Source: Sphingomonas sp. (GTDB taxonomy: Bacteria > Pseudomonadota > Alphaproteobacteria > Sphingomonadales > Sphingomonadaceae). From it: a stretch of DNA of 64,000 nt. This document shows, in pieces, positions 34,399-45,065 of this stretch; the stretch's first letter is position 1, and each line of letters opens with the position of its first letter. The DNA lies in contig JAHBZH010000001.1 of NCBI GenBank assembly GCA_019635535.1, positions 1,018,995-1,082,994 on the forward strand. The letters run 5' to 3'. A program made the position numbers and the translations under genes. The notes under the pieces are model-generated. The model was not told the DNA's origin. It was given only the letters and a program-made list of their open reading frames with translations, and did not search any database.

Positions 34399-35742
34399 TT
34401 ACGCTGCGAAGGTCTGGACGAACTTGCCGGCGGTCGCCTTGAAGCGGGCCATCTGCTCGTTCACTTCGGCGAAGTTCTTCTCGACTTCGTCGATCTCCGC
34501 GGCGACGCTTTCGGTGTCGGCGCGGATCGCGGCGATGGTGGATGACATCGAATCGGCGGCGAGCGCGGTCTCATCGACGGCGGCGGTGATCATGGTCACG
34601 GTCTGCGCCTGCATCTCCATCGCCTTGCGGATACGATCGGCGCTGACCTGAACCTCCTCGACAGTGGAGGAGATCGAGTCATTGGCCTCGACGGTCTGCT
34701 TCGTCGCGGACTGGATCGCGGAAATCTTCGCGGTGATGTCGTCGGTGGCGCGCGCGGTCTGGCTGGCGAGGCTCTTCACCTCTTGCGCGACGACGGCGAA
34801 GCCGCGGCCGGCATCGCCGGCACGGGCCGCCTCGATCGTTGCGTTGAGCGCGAGCAGGTTGGTCTGGCCGGCAATGTCGCGGATGAGGCCGAGGATCGAT
34901 TCGATCGCCTCGACATGGCCGGAGAGCGCCTGGCTTACCTGGACCGCTTCGTGCGCCTGATCGCCGGCGCGGGTGGCGACGCCGGCGGCGACCTCCACCT
35001 CGTTGCGGGCTTCCTCGATCGCCATGATGAGACCGGCGGCGGTCTGCGCCGCCTCGCGCATCGCGACGGCGGATTGCTCGGCGGCGGCGGCGACCTCGCT
35101 GGTCTTGCCCAGCATGCCGCGCGCGGCGGTGCTGGCTTCGGCCGCTTGATCGCGCAGCTTGCGGCTGCCGCTGGCGGTCGTTTCGACGACGCTGACGATT
35201 TCCTTGTTGAAGTCGCTGCCCTGCGCGCTGCGGCGCTCGCGCTCCGCCTTGTCGCGCAGCAGGTCGTAATAAGCCGTGAAGACGTCGATCTCGATCGCGG
35301 TCAGCCAGATCAGCGCCTTGCTCAGCTTGTTGCGCTGTTCCGGCTGATCGGCCAGCGCGACATCGAGCAGCGCCTGGATCTTGTCGGCGCAGGCGGCGAC
35401 GCCGGCATAAAGGGTCGAGGGCGCGACCTGGCCGCGGGCGGCGGCGTCGACATAATCGCGCACCCGGTTGGCCCAGGTGGAATCGGCGAGATTGGTATAT
35501 TTGCCTTCGATATGGGGGAGGATGCGGGTGGTCAGCTCCTCCATCTTGTCGGCGTTGATCGCCCGGGTGATTTCCGGCGCGCGGGCATATTGCTCCCAAT
35601 AGGCGCGCGCCACGGCGCGCTTGTCGGGCTCGATGATCGCCCAGATTTCGCGGCACAGCTCGGCCAGATCGCCGCGCGTGTCGAACAAGGCGACCCGCCC
35701 CTTCAGATCGATCTCGTCCCGCTGTCCCGTATTGCCGACCAT
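34399..35742 (-). CDS. Soluble methyl-accepting chemotaxis protein with globin-like N-terminal domain
   Basis: [34 protein letters not shown] signalling hairpin; no TM segments. Confidence 0.88.
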   Translation of the reverse strand: MVGNTGQRDEIDLKGRVALFDTRGDLAELCREIWAIIEPDKRAVARAYWEQYARAPEITRAINADKMEELTTRILPHIEGKYTNLADSTWANRVRDYVDAAARGQVAPSTLYAGVAACADKIQALLDVALADQPEQRNKLSKALIWLTAIEIDVFTAYYDLLRDKAERERRSAQGSDFNKEIVSVVETTASGSRKLRDQAAEASTAARGMLGKTSEVAAAAEQSAVAMREAAQTAAGLIMAIEEARNEVEVAAGVATRAGDQAHEAVQVSQALSGHVEAIESILGLIRDIAGQTNLLALNATIEAARAGDAGRGFAVVAQEVKSLASQTARATDDITAKISAIQSATKQTVEANDSISSTVEEVQVSADRIRKAMEMQAQTVTMITAAVDETALAADSMSSTIAAIRADTESVAAEIDEVEKNFAEVNEQMARFKATAGKFVQTFAA

Positions 35743-35795
35743 GTCTCGCATTCCCTTCACGCACCGTTGCGCGCGCCCAGTTAGAAGCGAATTGG

Positions 35796-35810
35796 TTAAG
35801 ATGGCGTTAG
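35796..35810. promoter_or_regulatory. Probable CtrA box upstream of the MCP gene
   Basis: TTAA-GATGGCG-TTAG, one mismatch to TTAA-N7-TTAA; chemotaxis genes are typical CtrA targets. Confidence 0.5.
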
Positions 35811-35892
35811 CCATTGCTCCGGCGCGCGGCACGGCCTTGCAACGTCCGCCTATCGGCCTAAAAGCGACCCCAGCGAAGGGGAGCGTCGCTTC

Positions 35893-36345
35893 ATGCATCG
35901 AAATCCGTCCCGGCCATTGTCGCCGCATCTCACCATCTGGCGCTGGGGACCGCACATGCTGGTCTCGATCCTGCACCGGGTCACCGGCTCCGGCCTGGCC
36001 GTGATCGGATCGGCGATCCTGGTCTGGTGGCTGGCCGCCGCCGCGAGCGGGGCCGAGGCCTATGCGACCTTCACCGGCTTCATCGGCTGGCTGACCGGCG
36101 CCGCCGCCGCCGACAATGCGGGCGCGGTCGACTGGCTGCTTTATGCGCTGGGCGTCGCGGTCGGCGTCGGCCTGGTCTGGGCCTTCTTCCAGCATCTGCT
36201 GTCGGGCCTGCGCCACTTCGTCATGGACGCCGGCGCGGGCTACGAGCTCAGGACCAACCGTTTCTGGTCGATCGCGACGATCGTCGGCGCGCTGCTGCTG
36301 ACCGCGGCGATGTGGGGCTGGATCGTGTTCGGGAGGGGCGCATGA
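35893..36345 (+). CDS. sdhC: Succinate dehydrogenase cytochrome b556 subunit
   Basis: [26 protein letters not shown]. Confidence 0.95.
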   Translation: MHRNPSRPLSPHLTIWRWGPHMLVSILHRVTGSGLAVIGSAILVWWLAAAASGAEAYATFTGFIGWLTGAAAADNAGAVDWLLYALGVAVGVGLVWAFFQHLLSGLRHFVMDAGAGYELRTNRFWSIATIVGALLLTAAMWGWIVFGRGA

Positions 36346-36728
36346 GCATGGAAACCCCGCTGAAGCGGGTGCGGGGCCTCGGCGCAGCTCGCTCCGGCGC
36401 GCATCATTGGTGGCTGGAACGGCTGACCTCCGTCTCGACCCTGGTGCTGTTCGGCTGGTTCATCGTCTCGCTGATCCGCCTCCCTGCGCTCGATCGGACG
36501 ACGGTCGTCGAATGGCTCGCCTCGCCGCTCGCCGGCGTGCCGATGGCGCTGCTCGTCGTCTCGACCTTCTGGCACCTGAAGCTCGGCCTCGCCGTCGTCG
36601 TCGAGGATTATGTCCATGACGGCGCGCGCCTGTTCTGGCTGACGTTGATCAACTTCCTCAGCCTGCTCGGCGCGGGCATCGCCCTGTTCGCCATCCTCAA
36701 GATCGCCATCGCCGGGAGCGCCGCATAA
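36342..36728 (+). CDS. sdhD: Succinate dehydrogenase membrane anchor
   Basis: [32 protein letters not shown]. Confidence 0.95.
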   Translation: MSMETPLKRVRGLGAARSGAHHWWLERLTSVSTLVLFGWFIVSLIRLPALDRTTVVEWLASPLAGVPMALLVVSTFWHLKLGLAVVVEDYVHDGARLFWLTLINFLSLLGAGIALFAILKIAIAGSAA

Positions 36729-38530
36729 TGGCCGAGGCCTACAAGATCATCGATCACACTTACGACGTCGTCGTCGTCGGCGCCGGCGGCTCCGGCCTGC
36801 GCGCCACGATGGGCGCGGCGCAGGCGGGGCTGAAGACCGCCAACATCACCAAGGTCTTCCCGACGCGCAGCCACACCGTCGCCGCGCAGGGCGGCGTTGC
36901 CGCGTCGCTCGGCAATATGGGTCCGGACCACTGGACCTGGCACATGTACGACACGGTCAAGGGCTCCGACTGGCTCGGCGACCAGGACGCGATCGAATAT
37001 ATGGTCCGCGAGGCCCCGGCCGCCGTCTACGAGCTGGAGCATTTCGGCGTGCCGTTCAGCCGCACCGACGAGGGGCGCATCTACCAGCGCGCCTTCGGCG
37101 GCATGATGCAGAATATGGGCGAAGGCCCGCCCGCCCAGCGCACCTGCGCGGCGGCCGACCGCACCGGCCACGCCATGCTGCACGCGCTCTACCAGCAGAG
37201 CCTGCGCTACGACGCCGATTTCTTCATCGAATATTTCGCGCTCGACCTCATCATGGAGGACGGCGCGTGCCGGGGCGTCGTCGCCATGTGCATGGAGGAC
37301 GGCACCATCCACCGCTTCCGCGCCCAGGCCGTGGTGCTGGCGACCGGCGGCTACGGCCGCTGCTACTTCACCGCGACCAGCGCCCATACCTGCACCGGCG
37401 ACGGCGGCGGCATGGTGCTGCGCGCCGGGCTCCCCTTGCAGGACATGGAGTTCGTCCAGTTCCACCCGACCGGCATCTACGGCGCCGGCGTGCTGATCAC
37501 CGAGGGCGCGCGGGGCGAGGGCGGCTATCTCACCAACAGCGAGGGCGAGCGGTTCATGGAACGCTATGCCCCGTCCGCCAAGGATCTCGCCAGCCGCGAC
37601 GTCGTCTCCCGTTCGATGGCGATGGAGATGCGCGAGGGGCGCGGCGTCGGCCCGCACAAGGACCATATCTATCTCCACCTCGATCATATCGACGAGAAGA
37701 TCCTGGCCGAGCGGCTCCCCGGCATCACCGAATCGGGCAAGGTGTTCGCGGGCGTCGATCTCACCCGCCAGCCGCTGCCCGTCACGCCGACCGTGCACTA
37801 CAATATGGGCGGCATCCCGACCAACTTCCACGGCGAGGTCGTGACGATCAAGGACGGCGATCCGGACAGCGTTGTCCCCGGTCTGTTCGCGGTGGGCGAG
37901 GCGGCCTGCGTCTCCGTCCACGGCGCCAACCGGCTCGGCTCCAACAGCCTGATCGACCTGGTCGTGTTCGGCCGCGCGGCGGGCCTGCGCCTCGCCGAGA
38001 CGATCAAGGCGAACAGTCCCAAGCCGCCGCTGCCCGCCGACAGCGCCGATCTCGCGCTCGCCCGGCTCGACAGGTTCCGCTTCGCCAGCGGCGGCTCGCC
38101 GACCGCCGAGGTGCGCGTCGAGATGCAGCGCAACATGCAGACGCATTGCGCCGTGTTCCGCACCGACGAGTTGCTGGCCGAAGGCGTGGACAAGCTCGCC
38201 AAGACCTATGAGCGGATGAACGACCTCAGCGTCACCGATCGCTCGCTGATCTGGAACACCGATCTCATCGAGACGCTGGAGCTGGACAATCTGATCAGTC
38301 AGGCCAGCGTCACCATCGCCGGCGCGCTCAATCGCAAGGAAAGCCGTGGCGCCCACGCGCACGAGGATTATCCCGAGCGCGACGACAAGAACTGGATGAA
38401 GCACACCGCGTCCTGGTTCGAAGGCTGGGGCGGGCAGGGCGGCAAGGTCACGCTCGATTACCGTCCGGTCCACGAATATACGCTCACCGACGAGGTGGAC
38501 TATATCAAGCCGAAGGCGCGGGTTTATTGA
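36728..38530 (+). CDS. sdhA: Succinate dehydrogenase flavoprotein
   Basis: [33 protein letters not shown]. Confidence 0.98.
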   Translation: MAEAYKIIDHTYDVVVVGAGGSGLRATMGAAQAGLKTANITKVFPTRSHTVAAQGGVAASLGNMGPDHWTWHMYDTVKGSDWLGDQDAIEYMVREAPAAVYELEHFGVPFSRTDEGRIYQRAFGGMMQNMGEGPPAQRTCAAADRTGHAMLHALYQQSLRYDADFFIEYFALDLIMEDGACRGVVAMCMEDGTIHRFRAQAVVLATGGYGRCYFTATSAHTCTGDGGGMVLRAGLPLQDMEFVQFHPTGIYGAGVLITEGARGEGGYLTNSEGERFMERYAPSAKDLASRDVVSRSMAMEMREGRGVGPHKDHIYLHLDHIDEKILAERLPGITESGKVFAGVDLTRQPLPVTPTVHYNMGGIPTNFHGEVVTIKDGDPDSVVPGLFAVGEAACVSVHGANRLGSNSLIDLVVFGRAAGLRLAETIKANSPKPPLPADSADLALARLDRFRFASGGSPTAEVRVEMQRNMQTHCAVFRTDELLAEGVDKLAKTYERMNDLSVTDRSLIWNTDLIETLELDNLISQASVTIAGALNRKESRGAHAHEDYPERDDKNWMKHTASWFEGWGGQGGKVTLDYRPVHEYTLTDEVDYIKPKARVY

Positions 38531-39114
38531 GTGGCAACGGTCGCGCCGTTGGCGAGGCGATAAGGAAATTCTTCGCGTCTCCGCCTCAGGAATGCGGGCG
38601 GCTTTTAAACGAACGCGCGCTCCAGCTGGAATTGGCTTACTGGTTTCGGTTACGCGGTTGGGGCGTTCGTTTTGAGGTTCCGATGTTCGCGCCGCGTCTT
38701 GCGGGTTCGACGTTGCGAGCCAAGACTAACCTCGATCTGCTCGTGGAAGTTGACGGCTTCAAGGTTGCTATCGAACTGAAGGTGCCGCTGAACGGGCAGC
38801 ACCCGGAGACGATGTATTCTTTTTGCGCTGACCTCGAATTCGTGGAGGCCATCAAGCGCGCCGGAATGACGAATAGCGGCTATTGCGTGATGGCCACGCC
38901 CGATGCCGCATTCTGGCGGGATTCCGGCCGGGGTAGTTCGATACACAATCTATTCCGCGCATCGGGTGGCGTGCTTTCTGGGACTATCGGTAAGCCAACC
39001 GGTGCGAAGGATAGTTGTGTGATTCTCCAACATCGCTACGTCGCATCTGGGGCTTGGCGTGATCTTGACAACCGCTTGCTAGAGCGGGGTCGATACTTGC
39101 TTCTCGAAGTTTAG
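38527..39114 (+). CDS. Hypothetical protein, PD-(D/E)XK nuclease-like
   Basis: NERALQLEL...FE...LDLLV...AIELK; codon usage visibly unlike the flanking genes. Confidence 0.6.
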   Translation: MSGNGRAVGEAIRKFFASPPQECGRLLNERALQLELAYWFRLRGWGVRFEVPMFAPRLAGSTLRAKTNLDLLVEVDGFKVAIELKVPLNGQHPETMYSFCADLEFVEAIKRAGMTNSGYCVMATPDAAFWRDSGRGSSIHNLFRASGGVLSGTIGKPTGAKDSCVILQHRYVASGAWRDLDNRLLERGRYLLLEV

Positions 39115-39156
39115 AGCACATCACCGAAGGCGCAATGTTACTGAGATTGTCGATGC

Positions 39157-39459
39157 TCACGCCGTTTTCCTGAACCGCTCCACCCGTATCTCCTCCTCGT
39201 GCGCCCGGGCCTGCGCCAGTTCATAAGCCGTCTGCATCCGCAGCAAGGTATCCGCCTTCACGCCGAACGCCTTCTCGAAGCGGATCGCCATGTCCGCCGA
39301 CAGGCCGGCGCGGGCATTGAGCAGGTTGCTCATCGCCTGGCGCGTCACGCCGAGATGGCGGGCGGCCTCCGTGACGCTGAGGCGGTGCGGCTCGACGATC
39401 TCGCCGCGCAGCCACGCGCCCGGGTGGACGGCGAAGGCGGGGGACATGCGAATGGTCAT
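39157..39459 (-). CDS. higA: HigA family antitoxin (HTH)
   Basis: HPGAWLR.EI, LSVTEAARHLGVTRQAMSNLLN, MAIRFEKAFG, LLRMQ. Confidence 0.88.
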   Translation of the reverse strand: MTIRMSPAFAVHPGAWLRGEIVEPHRLSVTEAARHLGVTRQAMSNLLNARAGLSADMAIRFEKAFGVKADTLLRMQTAYELAQARAHEEEIRVERFRKTA

Positions 39460-39499
39460 TCAAAAATCACCCTCCAAATCTTCATGTAGTCGAAGGAGC

Positions 39500-39528
39500 T
39501 TGACGACGAACCGTGCATTATGCACGAT
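39500..39528 (+). promoter_or_regulatory. Putative creD promoter with internal palindrome
   Basis: TTGACG-N17-CACGAT; CGTGCAT-T-ATGCACG at 39512-39526. Confidence 0.45.
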
Positions 39529-39554
39529 GAGTTGAGTTTCAAAGGAGCGCCCTC

Positions 39555-40928
39555 ATGTCCTTTTCCGCCACCGAACGATCGCCGGGCGCCAAGCTCGGCT
39601 TCGCCCTGCTGATCGGTTTCCTGCTATCCTTCCCGCTCTTCACGGTCTGGCTGCTGGTCTACGACCGGCAGATGCAGTCGGAATATGCGCAGGCGGGCAT
39701 CGTCGAGGGCTGGGGCGGGCCGCAGGTGATCGGCGGGCCGCTGCTCATCATCCCCTATCGCGAGAATGTCGTCGAGACGGTGACGGAAAACAACCGTCCG
39801 GTCACGCGCACGCGCGAGGTGTGGAAGGAGCTGACCCTCTCGCCCGAACAGTCGCGGATCGAGACGCAGGTGCGCCCGGAACGGCGGGTGCGCTCGATCT
39901 ACGAGGCGGTGGTCTACGAGGCGGAGGTGTCGGGCCGGTCCCGCTTCGCCATGCCCGCCGATCTGGCGCGCTTCGGCGTCACCGTGGCGCAGATGGACCT
40001 GACCCGCGCCGAATTGCGCTTCGGCCTCTCCGATCCGCGCGGGCTCGGCGCCAATCCGCGCGTCAATGTCGGCGGGAATGCGCTGCGGCTCCAGCCCGGC
40101 GGCGGCACGCGCGGCAGCGGCGGGGCGGGCTTCTTCGCCTGGCTCGACGCGGCGGCGCTGGCCGGCGCGCCGGTCGAGGTCGATTACGCCTATTCCTTCC
40201 GTGGCAACCGCTCGCTCGGCCTCATGCCCCAGGCGGGCGAGACACACTGGCGGCTGATCTCCCCCTGGCCGCATCCCAGCTTCCAGGGCGGTTTCCTGCC
40301 CATCGAACGCGAGGTGGGCGATGCCGGCTTTACGGCGATCTGGCGGGTGGGCAATCTCGCGCTCGGCCAGTCACTGGTGACGGCGGGAGAAGCGGACGGT
40401 CCGGATCGATCGGCGGCGGCGATCGCGGCGGGCGGCGGCCATGTTGCGCAGGTCAGCCTGATCCAGCCGGTGGACCTCTATTCGCGGGTGAACCGCTCGG
40501 TGAAATACGGCTTCCTGTTCATCGGCTTCACCTTCCTCGCCTTCCTGATGTTCGACGTGATCGGCGGGCAGCGCGTGTCGGCGGTCGAATATCTGCTGGT
40601 GGGCGCGAGCCTGGTGCTGTTCTTCGTGCTGCTGCTCGCCTTCGCCGAGGTGATCGGGTTCACATGGGCCTATCTCGTCGCGGCGGGCGCGATCGCCGGG
40701 CTCAACACGGCCTATTCCGCCGCGGTGCTGAAAAGCTGGCGGCGCGCGGGCGTGATCGGCGCCTTGCTCGTCGGCCTTTACGCAACGCTCTACGTGCTGC
40801 TCAGCCTGGAGGCCTATTCGCTGCTGATCGGCGCGCTGATGCTCTTCGTCGCGCTGGCGGCGGTGATGTACGTGACCCGCAACCTCGATTGGGGCGGGGT
40901 GCGGGAGGAGGCGGTGGCTCAGACATAG
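39555..40928 (+). CDS. creD: Inner membrane protein CreD
   Basis: WGGPQ.IGGP, WPHPSFQG.FLP, RSVKYGFLFI, C-terminal six TM helices. Confidence 0.92.
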   Translation: MSFSATERSPGAKLGFALLIGFLLSFPLFTVWLLVYDRQMQSEYAQAGIVEGWGGPQVIGGPLLIIPYRENVVETVTENNRPVTRTREVWKELTLSPEQSRIETQVRPERRVRSIYEAVVYEAEVSGRSRFAMPADLARFGVTVAQMDLTRAELRFGLSDPRGLGANPRVNVGGNALRLQPGGGTRGSGGAGFFAWLDAAALAGAPVEVDYAYSFRGNRSLGLMPQAGETHWRLISPWPHPSFQGGFLPIEREVGDAGFTAIWRVGNLALGQSLVTAGEADGPDRSAAAIAAGGGHVAQVSLIQPVDLYSRVNRSVKYGFLFIGFTFLAFLMFDVIGGQRVSAVEYLLVGASLVLFFVLLLAFAEVIGFTWAYLVAAGAIAGLNTAYSAAVLKSWRRAGVIGALLVGLYATLYVLLSLEAYSLLIGALMLFVALAAVMYVTRNLDWGGVREEAVAQT

Positions 40929-40932
40929 AGCA

Positions 40933-41076
40933 CCGTTCGTCCTGAGCCTGTCGAAGGACTGTTCTTCTTTTCGCCGGAAGAGAAGGGCAGGGCTTCGACA
41001 ATGGCCGGGTGCGAATGTCCCCCGGACATCCGCAGCCAAGCCGGGGGCTTGGCGGCCCGGCCATCAGCCCGAACGG
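40933..41076. repeat. Composite REP-like element with a nested palindromic insert
   Basis: Left arm CCGTTCGTCCTGAGCCTGTCGAAG; right arm CTTCGACA...TCAGCCCGAACGG split by ATGGCCGGG...CCCGGCCAT. Confidence 0.65.
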
Positions 41077-41100
41077 GTCTGGGGTTGAGAGACTGCCGTC

Positions 41101-42249
41101 TCACCGCCAGCGCAAATTGTCGCGGCTGAGTTGATCGAGTCTTGTGATGCCCATCAGGCGCATGCCGCGGGCGATCTCGGCGTGGAGCTTGCCCAGCACG
41201 CGCTCCACGCCGGCCCGGCCGGCGGCGGCCAGCGCGTAGAGATAGAGCCGCCCGCCCGAGCAGGCCGTCGCGCCGACGCTGAGCGCCTTCAGCACATGGC
41301 TGCCGCGCCTGATGCCGCCGTCGCAGATCACCTCGATCCTGTCGCCGACCGCATCGACGATCTCGGCGAGCTGGTCGAACGGCGCGCGGCTGCCGTCGAG
41401 CTGGCGGCCGCCGTGGTTGGAGACGTAGATGGCGGTGGCGCCGATCTCGACCGCGCGCTTCGCATCGGCGACCGACATCACCCCCTTCAGCGCGAACGGC
41501 CCGCCCCAGTCGGCGCGGATCGCCTCGGCCGCCCGCCAGTCCATCGCCGGATCGAACATCCGGTCGATATATTCGGCGACCCCCATCGCGACCGAGCTGC
41601 CGTGCGTCACATAATCCTTGATGTTGGCGAGGCTGAACGGTTCCCGGCACAGATAGTCGAAGGTCCAGCGGGGATGCGCGGCGAAGCTGGCCAGCGCGCG
41701 CGGCGTCCAGCGCGGCGGGGTGGTGAAGCCGGTCCTCAGGTCGCGCTCGCGATTGCCCCCGACGATCGTGTCGACGGTCAGCGCGATCGCGTCGAACCCG
41801 GCGTCCTTGCAGCGTTGGACGAGCGCGCGGTTGAGCCCCGGATCGCGGTGGACGTAGAGCTGGAAGAGCTTGGGCGTGGACACCAGCCGCCCGATCTCCT
41901 CGATGCTCACCGTGCCGATCGTGGAGATGCCGAACCAGGCGCCGAACTTCTCGGCCGCCGGCGCGACGGCGCGCTCGCCCCGCCAGTGGAACAGCCGCTG
42001 CATCGCGGTCGGCGAGAGCATCAGCGGCGTCGGCACCGTCTTGCCCAGCACAGTCACCGACATGTCGATGTCGGTGACACCGGCCAGCACGCTGGGCACC
42101 AGATCGCAATCGTTGAACGCCTCGGTGCTGCGTCGGAGCGTCACCTCGTCGTCGGCGCCGCCGTCGATATAGTCGAAGACCGGGCCGGGCAGGCGCCGCT
42201 TCGCCAGCCGCCGGAAATCCTCGACATTGTGGCAGTGATCGAGCCGCAT
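41101..42249 (-). CDS. lldD: FMN-dependent alpha-hydroxy acid dehydrogenase (LldD-like)
   Basis: FDYIDGGA, LTVD, LKG, SNHGGRQLD, DGGIRRG. Confidence 0.85.
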   Translation of the reverse strand: MRLDHCHNVEDFRRLAKRRLPGPVFDYIDGGADDEVTLRRSTEAFNDCDLVPSVLAGVTDIDMSVTVLGKTVPTPLMLSPTAMQRLFHWRGERAVAPAAEKFGAWFGISTIGTVSIEEIGRLVSTPKLFQLYVHRDPGLNRALVQRCKDAGFDAIALTVDTIVGGNRERDLRTGFTTPPRWTPRALASFAAHPRWTFDYLCREPFSLANIKDYVTHGSSVAMGVAEYIDRMFDPAMDWRAAEAIRADWGGPFALKGVMSVADAKRAVEIGATAIYVSNHGGRQLDGSRAPFDQLAEIVDAVGDRIEVICDGGIRRGSHVLKALSVGATACSGGRLYLYALAAAGRAGVERVLGKLHAEIARGMRLMGITRLDQLSRDNLRWR

Positions 42250-42393
42250 CGCCCCTCCCGCGCGCCATGGTTGGCGTTCGCCACGGCCCGGCGCAAGAGC
42301 GCTGTTCACAACATTTGTTTTTCGCCATGTTCGGCCGCGAGCGTTGCGTGCCCCTGCGGGCGGGACTAGCTGCCCGGCGTTCAGCCCTCTCCG

Positions 42394-43419
42394 TTGGAGG
42401 CTCCGGCTCCCTTGTCCAGTATCGAACCGCGCGTCATTCCCCCTCAGGATCGGGAGCGGCTGCGCATCCTGTTCATGGCCAAGCACGCCTTGTGGGGCGG
42501 CGGCATGCACCCCGAGGACGGCAACCACGCCATCTATCATCACGAGGTCCGCACCGCGCTGGAGGCACTGGGGCTGAATCTCCAGTTCGCCAACCGTTAC
42601 GACGTGCTGTTCGAAAAGCCGGACGTGGATTTCGTCTTCCCGCTGCTCAACCGGGGCGGGTTCGTCAATTCGGAGATGCTGATCCCTTTGCTCTGCAACA
42701 AGCACGGCCTGCCCTATATCGGCGGCAGCCCGATCGTGCGCGGGCTGGGCGACGACAAGCATCTGTCCAAGCTGGTCGCCGAGCGCGCCGGCGTGCCGAC
42801 CGCGCCCTGGACCTGCTATCGTCGCGGTGCCCCGGTAGAGGAAAGCGCGCTGCCCAAGGCGGAGCGCTGGGTGATCAAGCCGGTCGCCTCCTCCGCTTCC
42901 TGGGCGATTTCCGACGCGTTCGACTGGGCGGGCGTCGCCAATGCCGTGGCCGACATCCATGCCCAGGGCCATGACGCGATCGTCGAGCCCTATCTGGACG
43001 GCTATGACGTGCAGGTCGCCTTCATCACCAACGACCGTCCGGCGATGCTGCCGATGCTGATCTACGAGCGCGAGGATACGACGCGCCTGTGGACCTATTA
43101 CGAGAAGCGCGATCTCATCCAGAACAACGAAAAATCCTCGCTGAAGCGGTTCGACGATCCCGAATTCGCGCCGATCGTCGCCGATTATGCCGCCAAGGTT
43201 GCCGCCGCCTTCGATCCGTTCGATTACGGCCGGATCGAGTTCCGGCTCGATCGCGCCAAGGGCGAAGTCAATTTCATCGAGATCAACCTCAACTGCAATC
43301 TGTGGTCGGAAAAGGTGATGGCCAAGGCCGCCGCCGCCGCCGGCTTCAGCCACGGCCAGCTGCTCGAGACGATCATCGCCGAAAGCATGCGCCGCCAGGG
43401 AGTGCTGTCCTTTGGCTGA
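42394..43419 (+). CDS. ATP-grasp protein, divergent D-Ala-D-Ala ligase-like
   Basis: DFVFPLL, PYIG, DDKHLSK...AGVPT, WVIKP, RIEFR, IEIN; TTG start uncertain. Confidence 0.75.
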   Translation: MEAPAPLSSIEPRVIPPQDRERLRILFMAKHALWGGGMHPEDGNHAIYHHEVRTALEALGLNLQFANRYDVLFEKPDVDFVFPLLNRGGFVNSEMLIPLLCNKHGLPYIGGSPIVRGLGDDKHLSKLVAERAGVPTAPWTCYRRGAPVEESALPKAERWVIKPVASSASWAISDAFDWAGVANAVADIHAQGHDAIVEPYLDGYDVQVAFITNDRPAMLPMLIYEREDTTRLWTYYEKRDLIQNNEKSSLKRFDDPEFAPIVADYAAKVAAAFDPFDYGRIEFRLDRAKGEVNFIEINLNCNLWSEKVMAKAAAAAGFSHGQLLETIIAESMRRQGVLSFG

Positions 43420-44212
43420 GTCCTTCAACGTCATCGTCCTCGCCGCCCAGCGCGACGGCAAGCTCGACCCGCTCGCCGCCGAGGCCGGGGTCAGCCACAA
43501 ATGCCTGGTGCCGATCGGCGGCAAGCCATTGCTCGCCCATGTGCTCGATGCGCTGGCCGGGGTCGAGGGGATCGAAAGCGTGCGCGTCGCGGTCGAGGCG
43601 GGCGCCGAGGCCTTGCTCCGCCCGATCGCCGAGGCGTCCCGCCTGCCGGTGGTCTTCACGCGGGCCGCGCCCAATCTCGCCGACAGCGTCTATGCCGCCG
43701 CCGAGGGCGCGTCTGGCAATTTCGTCGTCACCACGGCGGACAATGTGCTGCTGACGCCCGGCGCGGTGCGCGGCGTCGCGGACCGGCTCGCCGCCGGCGA
43801 CGACGTCGTCGTCGCCTTCGCGCGCAAGGAAGCGGTGCTCGCCGCCCATCCCGAAGGGCAACGCAATTTCTACCGCTTCCGCGACGGCGGCATCTCGAAC
43901 TGCAACCTTTACGGCCTGTCGCGGCGCGGGCTCGGTGCGGCCGAAAGCTTCCGGGGCGGCGGCCATTTCTTCGCCCATCCGCTGCGCATCGCGCGCGCGT
44001 TCGGGGTGACCAATCTGGTGCTGATGCGGCTCGCGGCGCTCACCGTGGAGGCGGCGATGCGCCGGATCGGCCGCCGCTTCGGCGTCGCCGCTTCGGCTGT
44101 GTTCCTCGACGATGGCGCCCATGCGATCGACGTCGATAACGAACGCACCTACCGGATTGCCAGCCTGCTGCTCGAAAAACGCGCCGCCGCACCATTGAGC
44201 CTGAGCGCCTGA
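43412..44212 (+). CDS. Nucleotidyltransferase (NTP transferase family)
   Basis: IVLAAQR...[23 protein letters not shown]. Confidence 0.8.
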   Translation: MAESFNVIVLAAQRDGKLDPLAAEAGVSHKCLVPIGGKPLLAHVLDALAGVEGIESVRVAVEAGAEALLRPIAEASRLPVVFTRAAPNLADSVYAAAEGASGNFVVTTADNVLLTPGAVRGVADRLAAGDDVVVAFARKEAVLAAHPEGQRNFYRFRDGGISNCNLYGLSRRGLGAAESFRGGGHFFAHPLRIARAFGVTNLVLMRLAALTVEAAMRRIGRRFGVAASAVFLDDGAHAIDVDNERTYRIASLLLEKRAAAPLSLSA

Positions 44213-44243
44213 CCGGCTATCCCCGCCGCCAGGGGAGACGCGC

Positions 44244-45029
44244 ATGGCCGAGTTCACGCTTCCGAAGAACAGCAAGATCACCAGGAAGGGCCGCCATCAC
44301 GCGGCGCCGGAGGGGGCGGCGCGCACCCGCACCTTCAAGGTCTACCGCTACGATCCGGACAGCGGCGAGAATCCCCGCTACGACACGTTCGAGGTCGATC
44401 TCGACAGCTGCGGCCCGATGGTCCTCGACGCGCTCATCAAGATCAAGAGCGAGCAGGATGCTACGCTCACCTTCCGTCGCTCCTGCCGCGAGGGCATTTG
44501 CGGCTCCTGTTCGATGAACATGGACGGCAAAAACGGTCTGGCCTGCACCACCGCGATCGAGGATCTGAAGGGCGATGTGCGGATCACGCCGCTGCCGCAC
44601 ATGGACGTGATCAAGGATCTCGTGCCGGATTTCACCCATTTCTATGCGCAATATGCCTCGATCGAGCCCTGGCTGAAGACGAAGACGCCGACGCCGACGG
44701 GCAAGGAAAGGCTGCAATCGCCGGAGGACCGGTCCAAGCTGGACGGCCTGTACGAATGCATCCTGTGCGCCTGCTGCTCGACCTCCTGCCCGAGTTACTG
44801 GTGGAATTCGGACCGCTTCCTCGGCCCGGCGATCCTGCTTCAGGCCTATCGCTGGCTCGCCGACAGCCGCGACGAATATACCGGCGAGCGGCTCGACGAT
44901 CTGGAGGATCCGTTCCGCCTCTATCGTTGCCACACGATCATGAACTGCGCGAATGTCTGCCCCAAGGGCCTCAGCCCCGCCAAGGCGATCGCCGAGACCA
45001 AGAAGCTGCTGCTGGAGCGCGCGGTCTGA
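44244..45029 (+). CDS. sdhB: Succinate dehydrogenase iron-sulfur subunit
   Basis: [34 protein letters not shown]. Confidence 0.98.
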   Translation: MAEFTLPKNSKITRKGRHHAAPEGAARTRTFKVYRYDPDSGENPRYDTFEVDLDSCGPMVLDALIKIKSEQDATLTFRRSCREGICGSCSMNMDGKNGLACTTAIEDLKGDVRITPLPHMDVIKDLVPDFTHFYAQYASIEPWLKTKTPTPTGKERLQSPEDRSKLDGLYECILCACCSTSCPSYWWNSDRFLGPAILLQAYRWLADSRDEYTGERLDDLEDPFRLYRCHTIMNCANVCPKGLSPAKAIAETKKLLLERAV

Positions 45030-45065
45030 TCGGCGGCGGCGTCCGCTGATCGGGCGGGAACCGGG

